In this document: positions 17,601 to 29,517 of the stretch, one piece after another
Layout: every line of letters starts with the position of its first letter
Numbering within the stretch: position 1 is the first letter of the stretch
NCBI GenBank assembly: GCA_009785885.1
Contig: WQUE01000068.1
Location: forward strand, 1-31,811
Length of the DNA: 31,811 bases
Source of the DNA: Actinomycetes bacterium
GTDB taxonomy: Bacteria > Actinomycetota > Actinomycetes > Propionibacteriales > Propionibacteriaceae
Reading direction: 5' to 3'
Made by a program: the position numbers and the translations under genes
The notes under the pieces: generated by a model
Seen by the model: the letters and a program-made list of their open reading frames with translations, nothing else
Databases searched by the model: none
What the model was told of the DNA's origin: nothing

Positions 17601-19106
17601 ATGACTGCGCAGAAGATGCCCGTGATCCCTCCCGCCCGTACCCGCGTCGCGCCGTCGCCGACCGGCGATCCGCACGTCGGCACGGCCTATCAGGCCGTGT
17701 TCGATCTGGCGTGGGCCCGTGCGACCGGCGGCGCGTTCGTGCTGCGCATCGAGGACACCGACCGGGCCCGCGAGGTCGAAGGCTCGGAGGCGCAGATCTA
17801 CGACTGCCTCGACTGGCTCGGCCTGACCCCCGACGAGGGGCCTCGCACCGGTGGACCCGTCGGACCATACCGCCAATCGGAACGCCTGGACCTGTACCGC
17901 CGCTACGCCGAGGAACTCGTCGCGGCGGGCCACGCGTACCACTGCTGGTGCACGCCGGAGCGGCTGGCGGACTTGCGCGCCGAGCAGGCGGCGGCCAAGA
18001 CGGCCAAGACGGGCTACGACCGGTGCTGCCTCGGCCTGACCCGCGACGAGCGTGCGCGGATGCCCGGCTTCGCCGAGACGCCCGTGATCCGGATGCTCGT
18101 GCCGGACGACGCCCCGGGCGAGTTCACCGACCTGATCCGGGGGGACGTGAAGACACCGTTCCCCGACGACCAGGTCATCCTGAAGGCCGACGGTTTCCCG
18201 ACCTATCACCTCGCGGTCGTCGTCGACGATCACCTGATGGGCATCACGACAGCCGTGCGCGGCGAGGAGTGGATCTCCTCCACGCCCAAGCACCTGTTGC
18301 TGTACCGCTGGCTCGGCTGGACGCCACCCGCGTTCGCCCACATGCCGCTGCTGCGCAACGCCGACAAGTCGAAGATCTCCAAGCGGAAGAACCCGGCAGC
18401 GCGGCTCGCCTGGTTCCGTGAGGCGGGCTACCTGCCGGAGGCGCTGGTGAACTTCCTGGAACTGCTCGCCTACCCGGGTGTCCACCCCGACACCGAGGTG
18501 CAGACGTTCGCCGAGTTCATGGGCGCGTTCGACTGGGCGAAGGTGAACACGACCGGGCCGATCTTCGACCTGACGAAGCTGGACTGGCTGAACGGCGCCC
18601 ACATCCGGGCGCTGGCCGACGACGATCTGGCCGCCCGTATCATCGCGTACTGGGACGAGACCGGCCAGACGTTCCCCGCGACGGGCCGCCTCGATCCTGC
18701 CCGGGTCGTCCGGGAGGCCGTGCCGATCATGAAGGAGCGCCTGACGACGCTGGCCGACGCCTACCCGATGATCGACTTCCTGCTCGCGCCCGACGACGAC
18801 CTGACACTGGAGGACGAGGCGCTGGCCGGCCTTCCCGGGGACACGACCGACGCGCTGGATGCCGCGGTCACGGCGCTGGCGGGCGTGGACGACTTCACGG
18901 CGGAGGCCGTCCAGCAGGCGTTGCGGACGGCGCTGGTCGAGGGTCTGTCGCTGAAGCCGAAGGTGGCGTTCGCCCCTGTGCGCGTGGCGATCACCGGCCG
19001 GCGCGTCAGTCCGCCGCTGTTCGAGTCGATGGCGATCCTGGGCCGGGACGCGTGCCTGGCCCGCCTGCTGGCGCTGCGCGCCAAGACGGTCGTCACACCA
19101 TCCTGA
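17601..19106 (+). CDS. gltX: Glutamate--tRNA ligase
   Basis: RVAPSPTGDPHVG (HIGH-like), LRIEDTD, GPYRQSER, PTYHLA, RGEEW, KISKRK (KMSKS-like), SPPLFESM. Confidence 0.95.
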   Translation: MTAQKMPVIPPARTRVAPSPTGDPHVGTAYQAVFDLAWARATGGAFVLRIEDTDRAREVEGSEAQIYDCLDWLGLTPDEGPRTGGPVGPYRQSERLDLYRRYAEELVAAGHAYHCWCTPERLADLRAEQAAAKTAKTGYDRCCLGLTRDERARMPGFAETPVIRMLVPDDAPGEFTDLIRGDVKTPFPDDQVILKADGFPTYHLAVVVDDHLMGITTAVRGEEWISSTPKHLLLYRWLGWTPPAFAHMPLLRNADKSKISKRKNPAARLAWFREAGYLPEALVNFLELLAYPGVHPDTEVQTFAEFMGAFDWAKVNTTGPIFDLTKLDWLNGAHIRALADDDLAARIIAYWDETGQTFPATGRLDPARVVREAVPIMKERLTTLADAYPMIDFLLAPDDDLTLEDEALAGLPGDTTDALDAAVTALAGVDDFTAEAVQQALRTALVEGLSLKPKVAFAPVRVAITGRRVSPPLFESMAILGRDACLARLLALRAKTVVTPS

Positions 19107-19434
19107 TTTGGGAAACACCCCCAGGACATGGCACGATAGAGCGGTTGCTCTGCGGGAGGCTGCGCCTCGCCTGGGGAACCGGTACGGTCGCGCGATCGTC
19201 CGGGGACAGGCGGGTGGGTCGGTTTTCCGCAGTCCCCTCCGCAAGGGGAGCGTCCGGACGGATGCCCCGTTGGTTGGTGGGGCACTCCGTCACCGGGGTC
19301 TCGACACGCCTACTGCGGCGTGCACAGGTCCCACCGGGCGCGACACGCCCGACCGCGGGGGTCGAGCAACATGAGCTTGGCAAGGTCATATGCCTCGCGA
19401 AACGGCCTGTTTCGCGTGGTGATGGTGTTGCCAT

Positions 19435-19452
19435 CCAGGCCGGGGAACCGGC
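19435..19452 (+). promoter_or_regulatory. Bulged-hairpin motif in the rpsJ leader (copy 1 of 3)
   Basis: CC-A-GG-C[CGGG]G-AA-CC-GG; near-identical to the rplN leader element. Confidence 0.45.
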
Positions 19453-19476
19453 AGACGTGACGAAAGAGGATGGGCG

Positions 19477-19788
19477 ATGGCTGGACAGAGGATCCGGATC
19501 AGGCTTCGCGCCTACGACCATGAGGTCATCGATAGCTCGGCGCGCAGGATCGTCGATACGGTCACCCGCACCGGCGCGAAGGTGGCCGGCCCCGTGCCGC
19601 TGCCCACCGAGAAGAACGTGTGGTGCGTCATCCGTTCGCCGCACAAGTACAAGGACAGCCGCGAGCATTTCGAGATGAGAACGCACAAGCGGCTGATCGA
19701 CATCCTCGACCCCACGCCGAAGACCGTCGACTCGCTGATGCGGCTCGACCTGCCGGCGGGCGTCGACATCGAGATCAAGCTCCCGTGA
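19477..19788 (+). CDS. rpsJ: 30S ribosomal protein S10
   Basis: [41 protein letters not shown]. Confidence 0.99.
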   Translation: MAGQRIRIRLRAYDHEVIDSSARRIVDTVTRTGAKVAGPVPLPTEKNVWCVIRSPHKYKDSREHFEMRTHKRLIDILDPTPKTVDSLMRLDLPAGVDIEIKLP

Positions 19789-19802
19789 GGCAGGTGCGGA
19801 CG

Positions 19803-20459
19803 ATGGAACGCAAGGTGAAGGGTCTGCTGGGCACGAAGCTCGGCATGACGCAGGTGTGGGACGAGGCCAACCGCGTCGTCCCCGTGACGGTGATCCAGGC
19901 GGGCCCCTGCGTGGTGACGCAGGTGCGCACGCCGGACGTCGACGGTTACGCGGCCGTCCAGCTCGGCTTCGGCCGGGTCCGGGCCAAGGCCGTGACGAAG
20001 CCGGCGCTCGGCCACTTCGAGCGCGCCGACGTGACCCCGCGCAAGCACCTGTTGGAGCTGCGCACGACGGACGCCAGCGAGTACACGCTTGGCCAGGAGC
20101 TCACGGTCGAGGGCACGTTCGCTCCGGCCGAGTACGTCGATGTGATCGGCGTGACCAAGGGCAAGGGCACGGCGGGCGTCGTGAAGCGTCACGGCTTCGG
20201 CGGTCTGCGGACGACGCACGGCGTCCACCGCAAGCACCGCGCGCCCGGCTCGATCGGCGCCTGCGCCACGCCGGGCCACGTGTTCAAGGGCATGCGCATG
20301 GCCGGCCGGATGGGCGCGGTGCGCCAGACCGTGCAGAACCTCATCGTGCACGCGGTCGACGCCGAGCGCGGGCTGTTGATCGTGCGCGGGGCCGTCCCCG
20401 GTGCGAACGGCTCCCTCGTGGTGGTCCGCAACGCCGTGAAGAAGGGTGATCTGGCATGA
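19803..20459 (+). CDS. rplC: 50S ribosomal protein L3
   Basis: [35 protein letters not shown]. Start at ATG 19803. Confidence 0.98.
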   Translation: MERKVKGLLGTKLGMTQVWDEANRVVPVTVIQAGPCVVTQVRTPDVDGYAAVQLGFGRVRAKAVTKPALGHFERADVTPRKHLLELRTTDASEYTLGQELTVEGTFAPAEYVDVIGVTKGKGTAGVVKRHGFGGLRTTHGVHRKHRAPGSIGACATPGHVFKGMRMAGRMGAVRQTVQNLIVHAVDAERGLLIVRGAVPGANGSLVVVRNAVKKGDLA

Positions 20460-21643
20460 ACGAGACGAAGACGGTGACGGCGCTCACGGCCGACGGCGCA
20501 CCGGGTGCGAAGATCGATCTGCCGGGCGACCTGTTCGACGTGCAGACGAATGTTCCGCTGATCCACCAGGTCGTGAACGCGCAGCTGGCCGCGGCCCGGC
20601 AGGGGACGCACGCCACGAAGACGCGGGCCCAGGTGTCCGGCGGCGGCGCGAAGCCGTGGCGCCAGAAGGGCACGGGCCGGGCCCGCCAGGGCAGCCGCCG
20701 CGCCCCGCAGTGGAAGGGCGGCGCCGTCGTGCACGGCCCGCAGCCGCGCAGCTATGCCCAGCGGACGCCCAAGAAGATGATCGCCGCGGCCCTGTTCGGT
20801 GTGCTGTCCGACCGGGCCCGCGAGGATCGCATCGTCGTCCTCGAATCGTTCGTCGCCGGCGAGGTGCCCTCGACGCGGAAGGCCGTCGCGGCCTTGGCGT
20901 GCGTGCAGGAACACCGCAACAAGCTGGTCGTGCTCGACCGGGGCGACTTCATCGGCTGGATGTCGGCCCGCAATCTGCCCGATGTGCACGTGATCGCGGC
21001 CGACCAGCTGAACGCGTACGACGTGGTCTGCTCCGATGTGGTCGTGTTCACCAAGGCGGCGCTGGAGGACTTCGTCGGCACGCCGGTGGACGCCGCGGAG
21101 GGGGCCGAGGCCGATCCGGTCGTCGAGGTCGCGGAGGTGAAGGCCGGCAAGAAGGCCGCCAAGGCCGAGGTTGCGGCGGACGAACCGGTGGAGGCCGCGG
21201 AGGCTGAACCGGAGGCGAAGGCCCCGAAGAAGGCCGCCAAGGCCGAGGTTGCGGCGGACGAACCGGTGGAAGCCGCGGAGGCTGAACCGAAGGCGAAGGC
21301 CCCGAAGAAGGCCCCGAAGGCCGCCATGTCCCCGGAAGAGGCCGAGGCGAAGGCGGCCAAGAAGGCCGAGAAGTTGGCGTCCGCCGAGACGGAGACCGAC
21401 GAGGTCGCCCAGGCGAAGGTCGACGAGCATCCGTACGGGCCGCACTCCTACGTGGGTGAGGACGTGCCGGAGGGCTTCGACATCAAGGGCAACGCCGATT
21501 CGATGAAGTACCACACGCCCGAGTCGCCGTACTATTCGCGCACGGTGGCCGAGGTGTGGTTCGACAGTGTGGAAGCCGCGGAGGCGGCCGGGTTCGCCGG
21601 CGCGCACGGTGACGCGGGCGCCGACGAGGAGGATGACAAGTGA
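20456..21643 (+). CDS. rplD: 50S ribosomal protein L4 with long low-complexity linker and extra C-terminal domain
   Basis: [33 protein letters not shown] core, then an Ala/Glu/Lys linker and [25 protein letters not shown]. Confidence 0.97.
   Translation: MNETKTVTALTADGAPGAKIDLPGDLFDVQTNVPLIHQVVNAQLAAARQGTHATKTRAQVSGGGAKPWRQKGTGRARQGSRRAPQWKGGAVVHGPQPRSYAQRTPKKMIAAALFGVLSDRAREDRIVVLESFVAGEVPSTRKAVAALACVQEHRNKLVVLDRGDFIGWMSARNLPDVHVIAADQLNAYDVVCSDVVVFTKAALEDFVGTPVDAAEGAEADPVVEVAEVKAGKKAAKAEVAADEPVEAAEAEPEAKAPKKAAKAEVAADEPVEAAEAEPKAKAPKKAPKAAMSPEEAEAKAAKKAEKLASAETETDEVAQAKVDEHPYGPHSYVGEDVPEGFDIKGNADSMKYHTPESPYYSRTVAEVWFDSVEAAEAAGFAGAHGDAGADEEDDK
21149..21304 (+). repeat. In-frame 78-bp tandem duplication (two copies) inside rplD
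   Basis: 21149-21226 and 21227-21304 differ at 2 of 78 positions; unit [21 protein letters not shown](E/K)AKAP. Confidence 0.95.
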
Positions 21644-21948
21644 GCGACGTGAGGATTCCCGATCCGCGCGACATCCTGTTGGCGCCGGTCGCCAGCGAGA
21701 AGAGCTACAACCTGCTGGATCAGAACAAGTACACGTTCCTCGTGGACCCGCGGGCGAACAAGACGCAGATCAAGATCGCGGTCGAGCAGGTGTTCGGCGT
21801 CAAGGTCGTCAGCGTCAATACGTTGAACCGCCTGGGCAAGCGGCGCCGCACCAAGTACGGCTGGGGCAAGCGTCCCGACCGCAAGCGTGCGATCGTCAGC
21901 GTGGCCCCAGGCCAGCGCATCGACCTCTTCACCGCTCCGGCGGCCTGA
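21640..21948 (+). CDS. rplW: 50S ribosomal protein L23
   Basis: [29 protein letters not shown]. Confidence 0.97.
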   Translation: MSDVRIPDPRDILLAPVASEKSYNLLDQNKYTFLVDPRANKTQIKIAVEQVFGVKVVSVNTLNRLGKRRRTKYGWGKRPDRKRAIVSVAPGQRIDLFTAPAA

Positions 21949-21970
21949 TCGGGAAGCGAAGGAATAAACG

Positions 21971-22807
<837 letters not shown>

Positions 22808-22829
22808 GTGAGAGGGTGAGTGCGCGAAT

Positions 22830-23111
22830 ATGCCACGCAGTCTGAAGAAGGGCCCGTTCGTGGACGGCCACCTGGCCAAGAAGGTCGATGCCCAGAACGA
22901 GGCGGGGACGCACAACGTCATCAGGACGTGGTCGCGCCGCTCCATGGTGGTGCCCGACATGCTCGGCCACACCATCGCAGTCCATGACGGGCGCAAGCAC
23001 GTGCCGGTGTTCATCACCGAGTCCATGATCGGCCACAAGCTCGGGGAGTTCGCCCCGACGCGGACATTCCGTGGCCACGTGAAGGACGACAAGAAGGCGC
23101 GGCGGCGCTGA
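22830..23111 (+). CDS. rpsS: 30S ribosomal protein S19
   Basis: [31 protein letters not shown]. Confidence 0.99.
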   Translation: MPRSLKKGPFVDGHLAKKVDAQNEAGTHNVIRTWSRRSMVVPDMLGHTIAVHDGRKHVPVFITESMIGHKLGEFAPTRTFRGHVKDDKKARRR

Positions 23112-23142
23112 TGAGCCTCGAGGATAAGGGACGAAGTCGGAT

Positions 23143-23679
23143 ATGAGGAACGAAGAGAACAGGCCGTCCGCGCGGCGGACCCGGCTGCTGGGGACACGCC
23201 CCGGAGCGTTCGCGGTCGCCCGCTACGTGCCGGTGAGCGCCACCAAGGTGCGCCGCGTCGTCGATCTGGTGCGCGGCATGAACGCGCAGGCTGCCCTGCC
23301 GGTGCTGCAGTACGCGCCGCAGGCCGCCGGCGAACTGGTGCGCAAGGTCGTCGAGTCGGCGATTCAGAACGCCGAGGAGAACGAGGGCCTTGCCGCCGAG
23401 GAGCTCGTGATCACGCGGGCGTTCGTCGACGAGGGTGTGACGTTGCGCCGCATCCGGGCCCGCGCGAAGGGCCAGGCCAGCCGCATCCTGAAGCGTGGCT
23501 CGCACATCACGATCGTGGTGGAACCCCGCGAGGAGGCACCGGCTCCGAAGGCTTCCGCGGCGAAGGCCGTGGCATCCAAGGTGTCCGACACCAAGAAACC
23601 CACCGACAAGAAGCCCGCCAAGGGCAAGGGCGCCGGCAAGGCCGCGTCCGAGCAGAACACGAGTGAGAAGGAGGCCTGA
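23143..23679 (+). CDS. rplV: 50S ribosomal protein L22 with Lys/Ala-rich tail
   Basis: [39 protein letters not shown]. Confidence 0.97.
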   Translation: MRNEENRPSARRTRLLGTRPGAFAVARYVPVSATKVRRVVDLVRGMNAQAALPVLQYAPQAAGELVRKVVESAIQNAEENEGLAAEELVITRAFVDEGVTLRRIRARAKGQASRILKRGSHITIVVEPREEAPAPKASAAKAVASKVSDTKKPTDKKPAKGKGAGKAASEQNTSEKEA

Positions 23680-23681
23680 GC

Positions 23682-24503
23682 GTGGGACAGAAGATCAACC
23701 CGAACGGCTTCCGGCTCGGCATCAGCACGGACCACAGGGCGCGTTGGTACGCCGAGAAGCAGTATGCGGCGCTGGTCGGCGAGGATGACAAGATCCGTCG
23801 CTACCTGACGAAGACCCTGGAGCGTGCCGGCATCAGCTCCATCGAGGTCGAGCGCCGCAGTGAGCGCGTCACGATCTACCTGTACGCCGCCCGCCCGGGC
23901 ATCGTCATCGGCCGCAACGGCGCCGAGGCGGAGCGGGTGCGCGCCGAGCTGGAGAAGCTGACGGGCAAGCAGGTGCAGCTGAACATCCTCGAGGTGAAGA
24001 ACCCCGAGATCGACGCGCAGCTCGTCGCGCAGGGCGTCGCCGAGCAGCTGGGCGCCCGCGTGGCGTTCCGCCGCGCGATGCGCAAGGCCCAGCAGACGGC
24101 GATGCGTGCCGGCGCCCAGGGTGTGCGGATCCGCTGCTCCGGACGTCTCGGCGGCGCCGAGATGAGCCGGGCCGAGGGCTACCGCGACGGCCGGGTGCCG
24201 CTGCACACGCTGCGGGCCGACATCGACTACGGCTTCCACGAGGCCAAGACCACGTTCGGACGCATCGGCGTCAAGGTGTGGATCTACAAGGGCGACATCT
24301 CGGGCAACCGGGCGGAACGCGCCGCCCAGAAGGCCGCCCGCGACGCGGCCGCACCGGGACGTCCGCGCCCCGAGCGCCGTCGTCCGGCCCGGGGCGACCG
24401 TCCCGACCGTCCGGTCCGGGGCGGACGCCGCCAGCAGGCCGCCGATCAGGCCGCCGCCGCCGAACAGGCGGGCGCTGCGCTGACTGAGAACGCAGGAGCG
24501 TGA
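23682..24503 (+). CDS. rpsC: 30S ribosomal protein S3
   Basis: [44 protein letters not shown]. Confidence 0.99.
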   Translation: MGQKINPNGFRLGISTDHRARWYAEKQYAALVGEDDKIRRYLTKTLERAGISSIEVERRSERVTIYLYAARPGIVIGRNGAEAERVRAELEKLTGKQVQLNILEVKNPEIDAQLVAQGVAEQLGARVAFRRAMRKAQQTAMRAGAQGVRIRCSGRLGGAEMSRAEGYRDGRVPLHTLRADIDYGFHEAKTTFGRIGVKVWIYKGDISGNRAERAAQKAARDAAAPGRPRPERRRPARGDRPDRPVRGGRRQQAADQAAAAEQAGAALTENAGA

Positions 24504-24506
24504 GAC

Positions 24507-24926
24507 ATGTTGATTCCTCGTCGTGTGAAGCACCGCAAGCAACACCACCCGTCGCGCACAGGCATGGCCAAGGGTGGTACGCGTCTCGCCTTCGGTGAGT
24601 ACGGCATCCAGGCCCTGGAGCCGAGCTACCTGACGAACCGCCAGATCGAGGCGGCCCGTATCGCCATGACGCGTTACATCCGCCGTGGCGGCAAGGTCTG
24701 GATCAACGTGTACCCGGACCGTCCGATGACGAAGCACCCGGCGGAGTCCAGGATGGGTTCCGGCAAGGGCAGCCCCGAGTGGTGGATTGCCAACATCAAG
24801 CCGGGTCGCGTGTTGTTCGAGCTGGCCGGCGTGCCGGAGGACGTGGCCCGCGAGGCCATCCGTCTGGCGATCCACAAGCTGCCGTTCAAGGCGCGCTTCA
24901 TCAAGCGGGAAGTGGGTGAGATCTGA
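24507..24926 (+). CDS. rplP: 50S ribosomal protein L16
   Basis: [31 protein letters not shown]. Confidence 0.99.
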   Translation: MLIPRRVKHRKQHHPSRTGMAKGGTRLAFGEYGIQALEPSYLTNRQIEAARIAMTRYIRRGGKVWINVYPDRPMTKHPAESRMGSGKGSPEWWIANIKPGRVLFELAGVPEDVAREAIRLAIHKLPFKARFIKREVGEI

Positions 24927-24927
24927 C

Positions 24928-25176
24928 ATGGCCAAGAACAAGTCTGCCTCGGCCACCGAACTGCGGGGGCTGTCCCGCAAGGAACTCGACGAGCAGGTGG
25001 TCACGCTCAAGCAGGAGCTGTTCGGGTTGCGTTTCCAGGCGGCCACGGGCCAACTGGAGAACAACGCCCGGCTGCGCGCGGTGCGCAAGGACATCGCGCG
25101 GATCTACACGATCATCCAGGAACGCACCCTGGGCATCGTCGTCGATCCTGACAAGGAAGAGGAGAAAGCCGTATGA
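24928..25176 (+). CDS. rpmC: 50S ribosomal protein L29
   Basis: [26 protein letters not shown]. Start at ATG 24928. Confidence 0.97.
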   Translation: MAKNKSASATELRGLSRKELDEQVVTLKQELFGLRFQAATGQLENNARLRAVRKDIARIYTIIQERTLGIVVDPDKEEEKAV

Positions 25177-25439
25177 GCGACACCGCCCAGCGCGCCGGAC
25201 GCAAGGTCCGTGAGGGATACGTCGTGTCCGACAAGATGGACAAGACGGTCGTGGTCAAGGTCGAGGACCGGGTGAAGCACCCGCTGTACGGCAAGGTCAT
25301 GACGAAGTCGATCCGGCTGAAGGCCCACGATGAGGCCAATGAGGCCGGCGTCGGCGACCGCGTGCAGATCATGGAGACCCGGCCGATGTCCTCCGCGAAG
25401 CGGTGGCGGATCGTGTCGATCCTCGAGAAGGCCAAGTAA
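25173..25439 (+). CDS. rpsQ: 30S ribosomal protein S17
   Basis: [29 protein letters not shown]. Confidence 0.98.
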   Translation: MSDTAQRAGRKVREGYVVSDKMDKTVVVKVEDRVKHPLYGKVMTKSIRLKAHDEANEAGVGDRVQIMETRPMSSAKRWRIVSILEKAK

Positions 25440-25507
25440 ACCCAAGACCATGGCCGGGGCGACCAGCGCCGGCCCAACCCCTGGGTGACCAGGAGTCCAC
25501 CAACAAG

Positions 25508-25541
25508 TTCCGCCAGGCCGAGCGAATCGGAACCGGCGGGG
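25508..25541 (+). promoter_or_regulatory. Bulged-hairpin motif in the rplN leader (copy 2 of 3)
   Basis: TTCCGCC-A-GG-CCGA[GCGAA]TCGG-AA-CC-GGCGGGG, ending just before SD AAGGAG (25543). Confidence 0.55.
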
Positions 25542-25553
25542 CAAGGAGAAGAC

Positions 25554-25922
25554 ATGATCCAACAGGAGACCCGGCTGAAGGTCGCCGACAACACGGGTGC
25601 CAAGGAACTCTTGTGCATCCGGGTGCTCGGCGGCTCGAAGCGGCGCTACGCCTATCTCGGCGACACGATCGTGTGCGCCGTGAAGGACGCCATCCCGGGC
25701 GGCAACGTGAAGAAGGGCGAGGTCGTGCGGGCCGTCGTGGTGCGCACCTCCAAGGAGCATCGCCGCGTGGACGGCTCCTACATCCGCTTCGACGACAACG
25801 CCGCCGTGATCGTGCGTCCCGACGGGGAGCCGCGCGGCACGCGCATCTTCGGGCCGGTCGCCCGTGAGTTGCGCGAGAAGAAGTACATGCGCATCGTGTC
25901 CCTGGCGCCGGAGGTGATCTGA
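25554..25922 (+). CDS. rplN: 50S ribosomal protein L14
   Basis: [37 protein letters not shown]. Confidence 0.99.
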   Translation: MIQQETRLKVADNTGAKELLCIRVLGGSKRRYAYLGDTIVCAVKDAIPGGNVKKGEVVRAVVVRTSKEHRRVDGSYIRFDDNAAVIVRPDGEPRGTRIFGPVARELREKKYMRIVSLAPEVI

Positions 25923-25923
25923 C

Positions 25924-26304
25924 ATGGCCGGTTTCCGAATCCGCAAGGGCGACTCCGTGAAGGTGATCGCGGGCGATGACAAGGGCGTGGTCGGCGACGT
26001 GCTGGCGATCTATCCCGAAACCGGGAAGGTCAAGGTCAGCGGCGTCAACCTGATCCGTCGCAACGTGAAGGACCGCTACGACCCGCGGACGGGCCGCACG
26101 ATCAAGGGTGGCCTGATCAGTTCCGAGGCGCCGATCGACGCGTCGAACGTCCAGCCGGTCGTGCGCAACGACAAGGGTGACCGTGTGGTGACCCGGGTCG
26201 GCAGCGAGCGCGCCGAGGCGACGAAGACCCGTCCGGACGGTTCGACGTATGCCGGGACCCGTGGTACGCGCGTCGCGCGCAAGACCGGGAAGGAGATCCG
26301 ATGA
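25924..26304 (+). CDS. rplX: 50S ribosomal protein L24
   Basis: [25 protein letters not shown]. Confidence 0.95.
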   Translation: MAGFRIRKGDSVKVIAGDDKGVVGDVLAIYPETGKVKVSGVNLIRRNVKDRYDPRTGRTIKGGLISSEAPIDASNVQPVVRNDKGDRVVTRVGSERAEATKTRPDGSTYAGTRGTRVARKTGKEIR

Positions 26305-27002
26305 GTACCCAGTCGACAGCGACGAAGGCCACCAAGGCACCGAAGGCGGAGGCCAAGGCCGCCCTCGAGGTGGCGGAGTCCGCGAAGGCCGCGTCCGGGG
26401 CCACGCCCCGGCTGAAGCAACGCTACCGCGACGAGATCATGCCGGCCCTGCAGAAGGAGTTCAACTACTCGAACCCGATGCAGGTCCCGGGCCTGTCGAA
26501 GATCGTCGTGAACATGGGTGTCGGCGAGGCGGCCCGCGACTCGAAGATCCTCGATGGCGCGATCCGCGACCTGACGGTGATCACCGGCCAGAAGCCGACG
26601 GTGACGAAGGCTCGCAAGTCCATCGCCCAGTTCAAGCTGCGCGAGGGGCAGACGATCGGGGCGCACGTGACGCTGCGCGGCGATCGCATGTGGGAGTTCG
26701 CGGACCGGCTGCTGACGCTGGCCCTGCCGCGCATCCGTGACTTCCGGGGCCTGAACTCGAACCAGTTCGACGGGCACGGCAACTACACATTCGGCTTGTC
26801 CGAGCAGGTCATGTTCCTGGAGATCGACCAGGACAAGATCGACCGGACCCGCGGCATGGACATCACGTTCGTGACGACGGCAACCGACGACGTGCATGGC
26901 CGGTTCCTGCTGAAGGAACTGGGCTTCCCGTTCAAGGCCGTGGACGACGCCAAGGTGGTCAAGCGCGTGCGGCACACCGGCAAGCCGGGCAAGAGGAAGT
27001 AG
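26301..27002 (+). CDS. rplE: 50S ribosomal protein L5
   Basis: [40 protein letters not shown]. Confidence 0.99.
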   Translation: MSTQSTATKATKAPKAEAKAALEVAESAKAASGATPRLKQRYRDEIMPALQKEFNYSNPMQVPGLSKIVVNMGVGEAARDSKILDGAIRDLTVITGQKPTVTKARKSIAQFKLREGQTIGAHVTLRGDRMWEFADRLLTLALPRIRDFRGLNSNQFDGHGNYTFGLSEQVMFLEIDQDKIDRTRGMDITFVTTATDDVHGRFLLKELGFPFKAVDDAKVVKRVRHTGKPGKRK

Positions 27003-27011
27003 GAGATCGAG

Positions 27012-27197
27012 ATGGCGAAGACTGCTCTGAAGGTGAAGCAGGCCCGCAAGCCGAAGTTCGAGGTGCGCGCCTACACGCGTTGCCAGCGGTGTGGCCGGCC
27101 CAAGTCGGTCTACCGCAAGTTCGGCCTGTGCCGCATCTGCCTGCGCGAGCTGGCGCACGCTGGCGACCTGCCCGGCGTGACGAAGTCCAGCTGGTGA
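27012..27197 (+). CDS. rpsN: 30S ribosomal protein S14 (zinc-binding type Z)
   Basis: RCQRCGR...[17 protein letters not shown]. Confidence 0.98.
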   Translation: MAKTALKVKQARKPKFEVRAYTRCQRCGRPKSVYRKFGLCRICLRELAHAGDLPGVTKSSW

Positions 27198-27276
27198 ACC
27201 CTCGCCGCCAAGCGCGGCACCCTCCCAACTCCATAGCTTCACCGGGTGCGCACCAGTGGCGCACACGATCCGACGA

Positions 27277-27317
27277 CACTGCAGGTCCATAGCCCACCGG
27301 GCGCGGAAACCGCCGTG
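27277..27317 (+). promoter_or_regulatory. Bulged-hairpin motif in the rpsH leader (copy 3 of 3), resembling the S8 site of 16S rRNA helix 21
   Basis: GC-A-GG-TCC...GGA-AA-CC-GC with inner GCCC/GGGC hairpin, just upstream of GAAAGAGG. Confidence 0.5.
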
Positions 27318-27336
27318 AGAAAGAGGCTGATAAGCC

Positions 27337-27744
27337 ATGACAATGACCGATCCGATCGCGGACATGCTGACACGTCTGCGCAACGCCAACCAGGCGTATC
27401 ACGACCAGACGAGCATGCCGCACAGCAAGATGAAGGCCGGCATCGCCGAGATCCTGAAGCGGGAGGGCTACATCGCGGACTACACGGTCCGTGAGCCCCG
27501 CGAGGGTGAGGTCGGCAAGACGCTGACCATCACCTTGAAGTTCGGGATGCAGCGCGAACGCTCCATCGCGGGGCTGCGGCGCATCAGCAAGCCGGGCTTG
27601 CGCGTGTACGCGAAGTCGACGGCGCTGCCGCGCGTGCTGGGCGGCATGGGTATCGCGATCATCTCCACCTCGCAGGGGCTGATGACCGACAAGCAGGCAC
27701 ATGAGCAATCCGTGGGCGGCGAAGTCCTCGCCTACGTGTGGTGA
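27337..27744 (+). CDS. rpsH: 30S ribosomal protein S8
   Basis: [38 protein letters not shown]. Confidence 0.99.
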   Translation: MTMTDPIADMLTRLRNANQAYHDQTSMPHSKMKAGIAEILKREGYIADYTVREPREGEVGKTLTITLKFGMQRERSIAGLRRISKPGLRVYAKSTALPRVLGGMGIAIISTSQGLMTDKQAHEQSVGGEVLAYVW

Positions 27745-27762
27745 GGACGGAAGGAGACCAAG

Positions 27763-28302
27763 ATGTCACGAATCGGCAGACTTCCGATCGCTGTTCCCGC
27801 CGGCGTCGCCGTGACGATCGATGGGCGTCACGTGAGCGTCAAGGGCCCGAAGGGCACGCTGGAGCGCACGCTCGCCGAGCCGATCACGATCGCGCAGGAG
27901 GGCGACCAGTTGGTCGTCTCGCGTCCGGACGATGAGCGCCGCAGCAAGTCGCTGCACGGCCTGTCCCGTACGCTCGTCGCGAACATGGTGACCGGCGTCA
28001 CGAACGGGTACGATCGCCAGCTTGAAATCGTCGGCGTGGGTTACCGCGTGATGGCGAAGGGCCCGGACCGGCTGGAGTTCGCCCTCGGCTTCTCGCACCC
28101 GGTGTTCGTGGACGCGCCCGAGGGCATCACGTTCACCGTCGAGTCGAACACCCGGTTCACGATCCACGGGATCGACAAGGAACAGGTGGGCGAGCTTGCG
28201 GCCAACATCCGCAAGATCCGCAAGCCCGAGCCGTACAAGGGCAAGGGTGTGCGCTATTCGGGCGAGCGCGTGCGCCGCAAGGTTGGAAAGGCTGGCAAGT
28301 AG
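27763..28302 (+). CDS. rplF: 50S ribosomal protein L6
   Basis: [28 protein letters not shown]. Confidence 0.99.
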   Translation: MSRIGRLPIAVPAGVAVTIDGRHVSVKGPKGTLERTLAEPITIAQEGDQLVVSRPDDERRSKSLHGLSRTLVANMVTGVTNGYDRQLEIVGVGYRVMAKGPDRLEFALGFSHPVFVDAPEGITFTVESNTRFTIHGIDKEQVGELAANIRKIRKPEPYKGKGVRYSGERVRRKVGKAGK

Positions 28303-28304
28303 TC

Positions 28305-28688
28305 ATGGCAATCTCATTGACAGTGCGCAAGAATCTGGCGCCACGCGAGGCTTCGCGGGTGCGCCGCCAGTTGCGCGGCCGGAAGCGCATCGCCGGCACG
28401 CCGGAGCGTCCCCGCCTGGTCGTGACGAAGACCGCCAAGCACACGCTGGTGCAGGTCATCGACGATACGGTGGGCCGCACGCTCGTCTCGGCGTCCACGA
28501 TGGAGGCCGACCTGCGCGCCGCTGCGGGCGACAAGAGCGCCCTGGCCGCGAAGGTGGGGGAGCGGATCGCCCAGCGTGCGAAGGACAAGGGCATCGACCA
28601 GGTCGTGTTCGACCGGGCCGGTCATCAGTACCACGGACGGATCGCGGCGCTCGCCGACGCGGCCCGCGCGGCAGGCTTGAGCCTGTGA
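28305..28688 (+). CDS. rplR: 50S ribosomal protein L18
   Basis: [34 protein letters not shown]. Confidence 0.98.
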   Translation: MAISLTVRKNLAPREASRVRRQLRGRKRIAGTPERPRLVVTKTAKHTLVQVIDDTVGRTLVSASTMEADLRAAAGDKSALAAKVGERIAQRAKDKGIDQVVFDRAGHQYHGRIAALADAARAAGLSL

Positions 28689-28713
28689 CTCGGACGAGGA
28701 AAGGGAACTACGC

Positions 28714-29337
28714 ATGAGTGGATCACAGCGCCGGGGGGCCCCGTCCGGGACCGGCGGTGAGCGCCGCGGCCGGGACGACCGCCGTGGCGGCCAGCAGTCG
28801 CAGGGCGGCGAGCGCGAGAAGAGCCAGTACCTGGAGCGTGTCGTGGCGATCAACCGCGTCGCGAAGGTCGTGAAGGGCGGGCGCCGGTTCAGCTTCACCG
28901 CGCTGGTCGTCGTCGGCGACGGCGAAGGCATGGTCGGAGTCGGCTACGGCAAGGCCAAGGAGGTGCCCACCGCGATCGCGAAGGGTGTCGAGGAGGCCAA
29001 GAAGCACTTCTTCACGGTGCCGCTGGTGCAGCGGACCATCCCGCATCCCGTCCAGGGCGAGAAGGCGGCCGGTGTCGTGATGCTCCGTCCGGCGGCGCCC
29101 GGCACCGGCGTGATCGCCGGCGGCTCGGCCCGCGCCGTCCTGGAGTGCGCGGGCGTGCAGGACGTGCTCGCGAAGTCGCTTGGTTCGGCCAACGCGATCA
29201 ACGTGGTGTACGCCACGGTTGCGGCTCTGCAGCACTTGGAGGAGCCGGCGGCGATCGCCAAGCGGCGGGGCCTGCCGATCGAGGATGTCGTGCCGGCGGC
29301 GATCCTGCGGGCGCAACGCGAGGAGGCGACCAAGTGA
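28714..29337 (+). CDS. rpsE: 30S ribosomal protein S5
   Basis: [33 protein letters not shown]. Confidence 0.99.
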   Translation: MSGSQRRGAPSGTGGERRGRDDRRGGQQSQGGEREKSQYLERVVAINRVAKVVKGGRRFSFTALVVVGDGEGMVGVGYGKAKEVPTAIAKGVEEAKKHFFTVPLVQRTIPHPVQGEKAAGVVMLRPAAPGTGVIAGGSARAVLECAGVQDVLAKSLGSANAINVVYATVAALQHLEEPAAIAKRRGLPIEDVVPAAILRAQREEATK

Positions 29338-29516
29338 GCCAGATCGTTGTCAAGCAGTGCAAGTCCGCGATCGGCGAGAAGCCGGCCGCCCGGGCGACGC
29401 TCCGTGCGCTCGGCCTGAAGAAGATCGGCGACGAGGTGGTGCAGGAGGACGTGCCCAGTATCCGCGGCATGGCCAAGGCTGTATCCCACCTGGTCAGTGT
29501 GGAAGAGGTGAAGTGA
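29334..29516 (+). CDS. rpmD: 50S ribosomal protein L30
   Basis: [31 protein letters not shown] 29334 overlaps the rpsE stop. Confidence 0.95.
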   Translation: MSQIVVKQCKSAIGEKPAARATLRALGLKKIGDEVVQEDVPSIRGMAKAVSHLVSVEEVK

Positions 29517-29517
29517 G

